A model generated the notes under the pieces. The model made no database searches. It was not told where the DNA came from and saw only the letters and a program-made list of their open reading frames with translations. From positions 682,001-746,000 of the forward strand of contig MU053810.1 in NCBI GenBank assembly GCA_013239625.1: a DNA stretch of 64,000 bases. Direction: 5' to 3'. The translations under genes were made by a program, and so were the position numbers. Shown piece after piece: positions 40,301 through 52,300 of the stretch. The stretch comes from Lama guanicoe (taxonomy: Eukaryota). Position 1 is the first letter of the stretch; the number at the start of each line of letters is the position of its first letter.

Positions 40301-43300
40301 GCATTACCTGCTTGGCTTTGGAGAGTCATGTTCAGCTCTTGTCTCATTTGTACTTCATTCATCAGACTAGAGCATTATTTGAGGTTCCCTGACTGCGTCC
40401 TTGCTTTTGCACGTGTTTTTCCCTCGCCTAAATCCCCTCCATATCCCCAGACTGCTCTTTCACTGTCTGCTTGGAAGAAGTCAGCTGAAGTCTTTAATGT
40501 TCTCAAGTGTCCCATCTTCATTCAGCCTTTTGTGAAATCTCAGCACCCACCCACCCTCAAACAGGCCCATGTAGTCCCTCCATCCCCAGCACACATTATG
40601 CATACCTCAGATGGCGCGTAATTATTATTTCTCTCCCGTACTGAACAAGTTTATGACTCTTTGAGGGTAGAAACTATCTTTTAATACTATTATCTCCAAG
40701 CCTAACACACAGTAAGTTATTGGTGAAGGTTTGTTCAAATAATTGGTTGATAGATCCAGTGTGAATGTTAAAAATAATTGGTATCAGCAAGCAGGAAGTT
40801 TATCTGAACATCAATAGATTCCATTCACTGTTAAATATGAACTGAGCACCTGCTGCGTGTGAAGCACTGCCGACTGAGAACATCAGGGAGAGTGTATACA
40901 GTCATCACCCCAGCAGTCGGGTGGGGGCTTCCCACAGACGAGCAGGCAGTCGTGGCCCTAGATAATCATGAAGGAAGATGTGTGCTGTGAGTGTGAATGA
41001 AAGGGCACAGTGCGTTCGAGGAGCGGGAATGTCATAGAGCCCACAGCACTGTGTGTGCGCACTTGGGAGAGGCTGGAGCGACATAGAAACAGGAGCCACA
41101 TCCCATTGTCCTTCCGAGGCACGTGTAAGGATCGGGAGGCGGGGACACCTGCGCTTTCAGAAAGATTACTCTGGCTCTGATGATTGTTCTAAAATACAAC
41201 ACTGAATGGATTGTTTGCAGTTTACACGTATCCACAGGTACTTGGAATATTTACATTCTTTTTCATTTCTGTCTTTAAGCAAACGGTTTTGTAAAAGTAA
41301 ACCAGTGTAGCCTTTTTTAGAGAGGAATTTAGGAAGCCTGTCAGATGGGCTGCCATTTGATTAAAAACGCACCCTTAATAATACTCCGTCAAGTGCATGG
41401 AGTTAAATATATCACAGAGCTGTTACCTTGTAGTAGAAAAAAGCTGTCTGTGGATAGAGGAGCAATTCAATAAATAAGGACACACCGTTGTAATTAGCTC
41501 TGTATATTGTGAACTAGATTCCCAGGATACACAAAAAGAAGAAAAGCTTGTATGTTTAGTATAGAACAGTGTGCATCGTGGCTGCTCGTATTTGTATGTG
41601 TATATTGAATATGTTTATATGTGAATATATGCAAGACAGTCTGAAAGGAGGTGACCCACTGTTAATAGTTGTTGCATCTTGGAGTCGGCAGAGGGAGGCA
41701 GCTGGAGGGATTGATATGGACACACTTAATAGTATATTTTTGTATTAAAATCATTTTTGAAAATAATGTTAATTTGTAATCAGAAAGATAATTTACAAAT
41801 CAAGATTTGTTTAACATGATTCTTTCAAATTTTAAGCAAAATGTCTTAGTAAATCATATGAACCTGAGAACTTCAAGTAAATTCTAGCAAGTTGGAACTG
41901 AGAAATCAAAAACAAAAAACCTTACACTTTTATTACCATTTTGCTTGATTTGCAAGACTTGCAAATATGGAACCTATATCAAAAGACTGTTTAAATAGTA
42001 GTAAAGCAGTTTTAACACCTGCATGGCCTTTCAGCATTACCTGCTTGGCTTTGGAGAGTCATGTTCAGCTCTTGTCTCATTTGTACTTCATTCATCAGAC
42101 TAGAGCATTATTTGAGGTTCCCTGACTGCGTCCTTGCTTTTGCACGTGTTTTTCCCCCGCCTAAATCCCCTCCATATCCCCAGACTGCTCTTTCACCGTC
42201 TGCTTGGAAGAAGTCAGCTGAAGTCTTAATGTTCTCAAGTGTCCCATCTTCATTCAGCCTTTTGTGAAATCTCAGCACCCACCCACCCTCAAACAGGCCC
42301 ATGTAGTCCCTCCATCCCCAGCACACATTATACATACCTCAGATGGCGCGTAATTATTACTCTCTTGGGAGCTAATTCTAGTATTAGGAGGCAGACGTAG
42401 GGAAATACATAATGTCAGATTGGGGACAATGCTGTGAAGGACAGTCAAGTGAGACGGGAGGGAATAAGGAGACTGGGGTGGGGAGGCTGTTGTGGGTGAG
42501 TGGTCAGGGGAGGCCTGGCCTCAGGAGTCCTCTGTGAGGGGAGGGATAGTGTGTTCCCTCCCTGCCAGTACAACCTCAAAGAGATGATGCCTACCTTAAT
42601 TTTTTACCTCTGCTTTGCCAGGTTATTTCTTTCTACTCGAAGAATCAGAGTTGTCCAGTATGCCATTATTTTGCTATAGTGCAAGTAAAGCTTCAGCTAT
42701 GAAAACTGTATACCAGTTAGAATCATGGAGTGGAGGGCTGGGGAGAAGGCTCTACATTCTGACTCATGTTGACATAGTTAACTCTGACTTAGATCCAGAG
42801 TACTGCTGTCCTTTTCAGACACTGTCTTCTTAGTTCCTTTTCAGTCAATGTGCCTTTCCTTCATCCCAGACTCCAGGGTTATCAAGTTTTTAGGACAAGA
42901 CAGTTCCACCCTCTCTCACTCTCAGGCCAGAGTTGAGCCCTGGCATTTCCCCTCTCCTCCCAGTCCCTAGAAAAATTAGGTTTGGGGTTTTGTTTTTGTT
43001 TTTTAAGTCAAGATCCTAAACTTGGTGTTGGGGTGAGATCTTTGTAAAACTGTTCTCTTCAGAGCACCTGAAACTGTACTTGGTTATTAAGTACATGTTC
43101 AACTCATAAACATTACTTGGAATTTTGGGAAATGTTCAGTTTTAAGAACATTATTTGAAGAAAAATCACTGGTATTTTGTGGTCTGAAAAAGAAAGTATA
43201 TTTTGTTCTGATTTTTATTTCATTATTTGACTTTTGGGTGTTGTCCCTTCTGGTACAACGGTTTTTCTAGAAATGTGAAGTGTGTAGCTTTATAGGAATT

Positions 43301-46300
43301 TTTAGTTCTTAAGTGAAAGATCTCTTTGTGCACCGTATTTGTGCCCAGAAATAACCTTCTGTACTAAGTAGGAAAATAAAAATTTACGCCAATGAAGTGA
43401 GTATTTGAAAAGAAAGGATAATACTGTTGATAATTTTTCTAAATTTAAGTATCATTTAAATCTAGATTTAAATGAATTTGAATAATGAAATAAAATGTTT
43501 TGATTATTAGAGCAAAGGTTTTAATGTAGTGGAACTATTAGGTAATGTTTTAAAGAGCTTTTTGATTGTTTTAAGCTAATGCACAATATATTTGTTACAA
43601 TTTAATACTAGTTAACAACTCATTTTTTGGAATTAATACTTTCGAAGTGGTTTGTTTCACGTATCTTGTGACTGCAGTAGTTGATACTTACCATCATAGT
43701 AACTTGGGATTATATGTATGTATATACATACATATTTTTATCAGTTTCAGTTTGTTACAAAGTAGCTTTAAAATACAACTGAAATCACCTTTATTGCCAT
43801 TATTGTGTTCTAGGAAATCTAGCATGAGTGACTTCAATCTTTTTGTCATTTAATTTGCTGTAAGACAGTGCCTCTCTTTTTTGAAGTATCTTAGCAGCTT
43901 TACGATTAAGGCACCTGGTGAAGAAATTCATCAAGAATTCATCCCTTTTGCTCTCTGTATTTATTTATTACTGTCTCTTTTCTGTTGTTTTTAAGTGTAT
44001 AATACTTGAGAACTTTTCCTTTTGTAAAACTTGTCTCAGAGCATAAGATGTGTTTTTGTTTCTTTGTTTTCTTTATAATCATTTCCCTGCAGAAGATCTA
44101 GAACTTTCTAAAAAAAATTATTAGTCTTGTAAACGAATGAATAAAAACCTACGTTTTCCACATTTTAATCAGATCATCATGAAATTTGCTTTATAATTTT
44201 TAATCCTGTTTCATTAGTATGATCAGTACCATTAGCCATTAGGCTTGTCAGTACTAAATATGAAGGACGTTTCAGGCGTCATGATCAGAGTAAGGGGAGG
44301 AAGCGGCCATCCTGTCTTATTGCTGAGTGTGTTAATGTGGTGACAGACAGAGCATCTTAAACTTGCAGCTTGTGACTTCCTGGTGATGAGTAAAGTATCT
44401 ACCTACACTTCTTACCCGGCTGCTTTGCTTGAGTATTTTGTAAAACAGTAGTATGTCACTGCCTCTGTATTTGCATATATTTACAGCTATTTGAAACCAG
44501 TCAGTAAAACCAATGAGAGGAAAACCAGCCAGCTGATTAAGAGCTTTATAACGTTGGGGCCTGTGATTCACATTAAGAAAGTCAGGCTTCCAGCTCTTTT
44601 TTTTAACCCTTAGCATCACAGATAGTCATCTTATTTGATACTAGGAACAGAGAATGACTTTAGCTGCCCTCTCAAAGCCTTAGGGATTTCTATTGAGACT
44701 GAATATTTCAGTATTGCCCAGAACACCTACCTGTAATAAAATAATAAAGCAATTGTGATATTAATAATAACAGCTAAAATTTACTGAGTTCTTACTGTAC
44801 TTCAGACATTGTTCTTTTATATGTAATCATATCTTTAAAATTAATGTATTAATTTATATAGCCATGTCTTTGTTGATTTAAACTGACAGGTTAAATGTTA
44901 CTTCGAGTATCTGCAACTTGGATACACCTGCTAGACTCCACAGTTACTCCTCTAGGGAAAGATTAGAAAGTTGCTTCAAGTCCTCATTCTGGAAATTGTT
45001 CTCATAGCTGTGGTCTTTCTCTCTGGAACTTTCATCTCTGTCTCTGGTGGCATATGATTTGACCCAGCTCTGTTCCCAGGGCCTGTTGAATGGAGCTCTT
45101 CTCTGCTGCTAGTTTGGTAGCAGCTGCATTTGGAGGCACAGGCGCAGCAGAGCGCTTGCTGCGTGGCCGGCCCTGGAAGTGAGGGGTTGCGGTACGAGTT
45201 ACCGTGACGTTTCGCAGTGACTGCTGCTTGGGAAGAGTGACTTTATGGTGAAGTTTTTGTTGCGTGTATTAGATCCATGTGTCTGAGCTGAACTTTTTCA
45301 TTTAGTTATTTTTGTGTGTGTCTTCCTGAATTTTGAAAAGCAAATGAAAATGTTTATTGCAGGAAGTGATGACCATTGTATTTAACTTTGTTTCACTTGT
45401 GTTTGTTAGTAGAAATAGAAACAGTTGGGGCAAGCCTCATTCCTGATACAAATTACTTACTACAGAGGCCTGGGGACAGGTGTACAGAGTAGTTAAGGAT
45501 GTCAGTTTCTGTCTGTTGGTTGTTAATCTCATTCTTGCAAAGAAGGTGATTTTTCAAAAACTGTCTTTTTGATTCTATTTTGCTAAATAAAATAGTTTTA
45601 TTTTCACAACGTGTAGGAAGTAATGAGGGAGACTGTGAGTCTGGATGTCAATAAATTATTTACATGCATTACTAATAGGTAATATTTATGAAATACCTAA
45701 TACCTGCTAGGCACTGACCTGTGCGCTTTACATATTTTATCTTGTTTAATTCTCACAACAGCCCTAAAGTTAGAATTGATACCCTCGTTTTACAGATGAG
45801 AAAAATAGTGTTCTTAAGTGATTTGCTGGTCATACCAGTAAATGATAGGGCTAAGGATTAAACTTTGTCTGACTACAAAAACCCATGTTCTTAACATCTT
45901 TGCAGCACTGCCTAGCAAGTATATATTTTATGAAAGAACTGATTGTGGAAAGGAAACTTGGGGAAGGGGCAGGAAAAAAAAGAGCATAGAATTCATGTGA
46001 AACAAGAAAAAATTGACCATCATCAGACCACATATCTTAGAATTTAGAAACAAATAGCCCACAGCCAGCAGTTTTTAAAGGAGATGTGGTTCAGGAGGAT
46101 GAGAAAGTGCTTTGTTAAAAGGCTGTGTTCAGAGACTTAAGAACAGGAAGGGGCACAGTTTGTGGAGAGAGTATGGAAAAAGCAACTATTTACTTTCCTT
46201 TTTATCAAGAAGAAAGATTTTAGTCTGAAGGGATAAATTAACGATTGGGTAAAATTAGATAGTATTAAAAGAGATTCATCTGCTTTAAATAAGTCGCAGT

Positions 46301-49300
46301 CTTCAGGCATAAGCAAATTACATCCTCAAGGACTGAAAGGACCTGTGTGTAATTGCAGATCAATTGTCATTAAACTCAGAAAAGTCCTACAGAATAGGAC
46401 AGCAGTCAAAAGATTCATAGTGGTCAAATCTTTTGTTTTTCAAGACCAGGGAAAAAATACATTCTGAAAACTATATTCCAGGAAACTTGATGTCAACTTT
46501 AAGCATAGTTCTAGATTGAGTTTAAAGACAGGTAATTTTAGTCATTAGGAAAATGAAAATTAAAACCAAAATGGATATATTAACTATATACTCACTAGAA
46601 TGCCTAAAATTGAGAAGACTGACCATATCAATATCAAGTGTTGGCAAGGGTATGAAGGAACTGGAATTCTCATATACTGCTAGTGGAATGCAAACTCCTG
46701 GAAAACAGTTGAGCAGTTTCTTAACCAATAAAACACATCAGATAGTCCCACCTTTTCCGTGCCTAGCATTTTTTCATTTAAGCAAAATGAAAACACACGT
46801 CCACACAGACAATTGTATGTGATTTATGACTGTATTTGTAATAACCCCAAAACTAGACGCACCCTGAATGCTGCCAGCAAGCGATCGGGTAAACAGATTA
46901 TGGTGTATTCACTCAGGGGGCTCTTTCTCTTTCCCAGCGTCACGGCTGTCTTCAGTAAGATGAAGGTCTGTTAATCCTGAAGGTGGACTAGATTTGTTCT
47001 GTATGGTTCAGAAGGGCAGAACTGGCTCCAGAGGGTAGAAACGAAAGGGTGCAGATTACAGCTTGCTGTATAAAAGCCTTTCTGACAATTACCCATATAT
47101 AATAGGGTCTACACAATGGAAAATGATCCCCTGTTGCTTAGATGCGTGCTACCGGACAGGGGACAGGAAAGAGGAGCGTCTGCTTTCCGTGGAGGTTGAA
47201 CTTGGCCTTCCACTTCCCATCCAGCCCTAATAGGTTGGTCTCTTGTAGAGTAACACTGTTATGTTTATGCCCTTAGACCGTCTTTATTGACTTACTAGGA
47301 AAGGAAAGATTATGATTTTCCTAAACTTGTTTAAATCTACTTATTTTTTTTCCCTCTTGATTTTCTCAAGCCATTTGTGACTTCTTTGTCATTTTTTTCT
47401 CAGTTTAAGATCCTTAATGTACCCATGTCTTCCCAACTTGCTGCAAATCACTGGAACCAGCAACAGGCAGAGCAAGAAGAGAGGATGAGAATGAAAAAGC
47501 TCACGCTAGATATCAATGAACGGCAAGAACAAGAAGATTATCAAGGTATCAGCTCGTTTCCAGGACGGAAGGGGGAAATCGCGATGCCCCTTGGGCTTTT
47601 AGAACATAGGATGTCAAAGGTGTTGTTCTCCACCTTTTCACGGCGTGTTTGTGTATATTTAGCCTGAGAGGCTGATTGTTTTTTACATCCCACTCTTCTC
47701 TCACTTACTTGTAAAAGAACACTAGTGGAAGTCTCATCACATTTTGCTAACTCCATAGTTCAGTTAGATTCCATCCTGTTAGAGCCATGTTTGCAGGTGA
47801 CACAAAGACCAATTTTTAGTTGCCTCGTGTTGCCAGTCAACTGTGAACAAATTAACTCAACAAATACCATCTCGTTTTGTCTGTTTGATAATTCTGGTCT
47901 TAAAGGCCCTCTGTTCCTTCAAATTTGAGGGTATATTCAAGTTAGGATTCCAGTTTTATGCAGACATACCCAGCACACTTGGCTTAACTGGAACTTTAAA
48001 TACAGAGGTCATGGACACCTCCTGAGCCAGCCCAGCCCTTCATATAGGGCTGTACTCAAAAACTGGAAGAGATTGCTGTGTAAATAAATAATTGGTTTTC
48101 TATCTTTAAGTCCCACTTCTAGAATACTCTCTTCCAGCTGACACTCGACATTCTTAATAACAAATAATGGTAGTTAACAGTCAGTGTAAGTGCTTACTGT
48201 GGGTCAGACACTTGAGTAGCTTTCAAAGCATTTAATCCTCACAATTCTGTGAGATCAGTGCCCATTATTATTTGCATCTTACACTTAGAGACACTGAACC
48301 GAAAGTCCCATGGCTAGTAGGTGGCAGAGCTGGGACTCGAGCCAGTACTGTCTGGCTGCCGTCCTGCCTGCTTCTTACACTGTTGACTGCCTCACAAGAC
48401 ACTTGGGTGGTGGCCGCACTGGCTGTAAGGGGGGCTTTGAGTGTTACGTGGCAGTCAAGAGCGTATCTCATCTCTAGATTGCTCTTTGGTACTTGTTCAT
48501 CGTTTCAATCTGTGCAATGGTTGCTGTTCCTCAGCCGGCTCCCTGAGAGACTGTCCTGGGCTCTGGCTTCTTGAGAGGAGTGCATTTACCAAGCGTAACC
48601 ACCTGTTCTGTTTGGCTCCTAATTCCAGAAATGCTGCAGTCTCTTGCCCAGCGCCCGGCTCCAGCAAACACCAATCGGGAGCGGCGGCCGCGTTACCAGC
48701 ATCCGAAGGGAGCGCCTAATGCAGATCTAATCTTTAAGACTGGTGGGAGGTAGGACCCTCTCTTGTTTCTCCCTTAGCCATTTTCTTCATCATGTCCGTG
48801 TGAATAACTTAGATAAGTATACTGGATTATACTTAATGATAAAGGCTGAATTAGCAAACTTAGAAAAGTTGTTGAGTTATAGATAGGTGAGAGAAGAAAA
48901 CCTTTTAGTACAATATTTACAGTTTTGGTTTTTGGGGTTTGTTTTTTTTGAATCTTGATTTCAGCCACACCATTCTTGGCTGTTGCTTTCTCTGAGTGGA
49001 GTTACTTGTATTTTTAATTTTTCTCTTTTGCCTTTATGGAGAGGACTAGTTTTAGATTCGTTTGAGAGAAATCAGAGGCTTTTTGTTGGGACCTCTCAAG
49101 CCACTGTGAAGTAATCGTGATGTTTACTAAAAGTCAAAACCCGTTTGCTAGTAAGACTTTCAGACGTGCAGGCTAGAGTTTGTTCTGGGGTATTTTGTTT
49201 GTCCGTTTTTGAGTTATAAAATGTCCTGCAGGGGTTCATGCCGGTTCTTCTTAAACGTGAGTTGCCTAATGTGAAATAATTAAAACTCTGTAAGGAATAT

Positions 49301-52300
49301 CACATGGAAGATGTTCCCTAATAAGACCTCATTCATCTTTTTTTAAGGAATAAAGTTGTTAAAGTTTCTCTGGGATCTGATCTAAAGACCTGTCGGTCCC
49401 GCCTTCTATCTTGTGTCTGGGTTATAATCCGCAGTGACGTGGGCTTTGCTGCTCTGCCTGCTCTCCCTTGGGCATCCAGGTTTAGCCTGCGGCTGTACAA
49501 CAGCCCTCAGATGTCCCCTTGTTGTTGGACGGAGACAGGCACACGGGTGCAGAAAAGGGAGCTGGGGTCGCAGAATTGGTTCAGTGTCGGGAAGAGTAGC
49601 GTTGGGGGAAATGCAGGTGTCAGAGCCTTTGTCTTTTACTCTCTAAATGTGTTTGTGTGTTCCTGGTAACATTTTTCTTAGAACAGTATGCTCAGACAAC
49701 TCTAATCCAGTTGCAGTTTAAGAAATTGGTTTGTCATGACAGCTTAGGAATCTATTTTTTGTCAGGAGGAGGGTTCTGTTTTTTAACACCTGTTGAGTTT
49801 TTCAGAAATGATGTACAAACCTGTCTGATTCGGTGTAAGATGCTAGGTTGAGCCTGTCCGTAATACCTTTTATTATTGCTGCTAAGATGCAGACGCTGGC
49901 TCAGTTAAGAAAGGGGCCATGGACATTTTCGTTTCCTCCTTTTACATTTTCTTAGAGGAGCTTTAAATATATACCATTGTGTTCTTGGTAACGTCTGTTC
50001 TCTCTTCTTGTCTCGTTATTAGAATATTTCTATCTTGACGTTTTTCCATCAACTGCACCTGTCTTAGTGCAGCCTTCCATCCCTGAACAGCATTGTCCCT
50101 AATCCCTTCTCCTCTCCGTTCAGATACTGCAACTGTAGCATCTTTTACTAATTTTTCAATGTTTGGGTGACTTTACAGAATCAGTAAATATGACATTTGC
50201 TGCATAAATACTATTTGCAGTAGGATTCACTCCCTGCAGCTTACATTCATCCAGCACCTTCCATGGGTTCAGTCCTACACTATGGAAAATTCAAAAGTAA
50301 AAGAGTCTTCACTCTCAAGCTTACAGTGCAGTAGGCAACCGAGTCCAGCTACTTGAAAGAGCTAGTTCTGCCCTAGTCTAAGTAGCCAGCGTTTCTTAGG
50401 CAGCAGGGAGCAGAAATACAGGGAAACGTGTTAGCTTACATGTGTGGTAATAATAGATGTGTCTGTGAACACGGAGGCATGCCTTTTTTAGTTTGCTACC
50501 AGTTACTCAGTCGTCTTTCAGAATTCTTTGTTAACTTTCTGTTTTGCTTCCACACACACACTGTGCCTGCCTCCCAGCTTTTCCCCGACACTGGCCTCCC
50601 CGAGCCAGCGCTACCTCAGCGCTCCGTTCGGTGCTCTAGGACGCCGTCTTGGCAGCCCTTGGCACTTGGACCCTCCTTTTCTTCTCGGCACACTCTCTTC
50701 CCTTGACCTTTGTGGCTCTGCTGTCTTCTGGTCTCTGTCTTCCCTCTGTGACCTCCGCTTCCTGGCTCCTGACTCTGGGTCGGGCTCGCCTCCACCCGGA
50801 GGGCTCGTGTCCCTCGGGCTGGTCCTGAGCGCTCCTCCCTCACCCCAAGCGCCCTCCGCCCCACCCGGGGCTCAGTTACCATCCACGCCTCCGGCCCGGG
50901 CATCACGTTTTAGTTGCTGACTGCACGTCCAGCTGTCTTCTGAACGGCCACCTGGATGTCCTACTGGAACATCAACCTCAGTGTGTCCCCAGCTTCTCTC
51001 CTCTGTCCTCTAGGTCAGTGAGCGGAAGCCCTGGCCACCCCCTTGTGCAAACTAGAAAAGACAGGTGTATTTTTGACCCTGTCCTCTCCCTCAGCCTCCA
51101 CATGTGGTTAGCTCACACGTCCTCTGACACTGCGTAAGCGGCTGTCTCTCTCGTGCCCCGTGTGCTCCACCCCCGCCGCCGAGGTCCTGCATCCAGCTGT
51201 CGTCACCCCTCGTCTGGGTCGCTGCCCGCGTCGGCTTCTCAGTCCCCAGTTTCCGCCCCTTCCACGCCATTCTCTGCTGCACCCACGCTGTCCTTCCTCC
51301 AGCGCAAGCCTGCCGCCGGGCCGTGTGAGCGAGCTGCCCCGCGCACACCCCGCGGGGGCGCCTCTCGGCTTGCGGGGAAAAGGCCAGGCCCCGCAGCCTG
51401 GGTGACGCGGCCCCGCGCGAGGCGCGCCGCCTCGCTGGCCTCCTCTCGCCCTCCTTTCCCCGGCTCCCACCGGGCTGGCCTTTCCGTTCTTCTCGTTAAG
51501 CTCTTTTTGCCTCCCTCTGTTTGGGACCCTGTCGTGCTCTTGCCCCGGACACCTTGTCTTGTTTTCCGTTCTGTCTCCTCCGCAGCTCTTGGTGCCTGGC
51601 ACAGAGTAGGTGCCTGGTAAGTATTTGCTGAATGGACAGGGGCTTTTAAAAATCTACGTTTAGCCATCTAATAAAAACGTCTTCTTGTGTTACGCTCCCC
51701 AACTCTCTCCTTCCCCTTTGTTTTCCTGATTTTGTGAGACTCCCACCGCTTGGGCTGCCCACTGTACCTGCTTTAAATCTTGTCTTAAAATTATCACTCA
51801 AAAAAAAAATCCTAATTTGTCCAGCACTCTTGAAAATGGCCCTCTGTGAAGTCTTACCGTTTTATGGTGTTTTCAAAGCCAGTGCTCTTAAAATGCTGGT
51901 GTGGATGAACATCGTAGAGGAACAAGCTAACGAGTAAACTTGGGTTTTTGAGCCTTTCAAGTAGCAAGAGTTCTTTGCTATGTTTTAAACTTGAGTTTTA
52001 AGTGAAGAAATGCAGTCATTTGGGAGAACGTACGTGATGGGGTGGAGTCTTTTGGTGGCTTGGCTTGGCTTTGTTTTCTTCTGTTTTTAACGCTGGGCCA
52101 GACCTGGTAGGAAGGTGTGTGTTGAGAGCCATGCTCCTCGGGCATCTGCGTGCTGAGTTCCTGCACAAAGGAGGCAGGAGGTTAAAATCTGCGTGAGGTT
52201 TAAGAAACTGCTTTCGGTTTTACTCCTATCTTGGCTACTACTTTTTTTTTAAGTTACTAATGTTGTTGACATTGTATGACGGATAAAAGGGAAGTTTATT

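Noticed and set aside
41221..41237. 17-nt ag...gt segment (tttgcag|...cag|gtactt) as a mini-exon
   Set aside because: Weak donor, frame-shifting, and such motifs occur often by chance.
47546..47553. U12-type intron (donor GTATCA)
   Set aside because: Does not match the GTATCCTT consensus; all donors fit U2-type introns.
50428..51667. Many 80-164 aa ORFs on both strands
   Set aside because: By-product of GC-rich, stop-poor L2-derived sequence; low-complexity translations with no recognisable domain.
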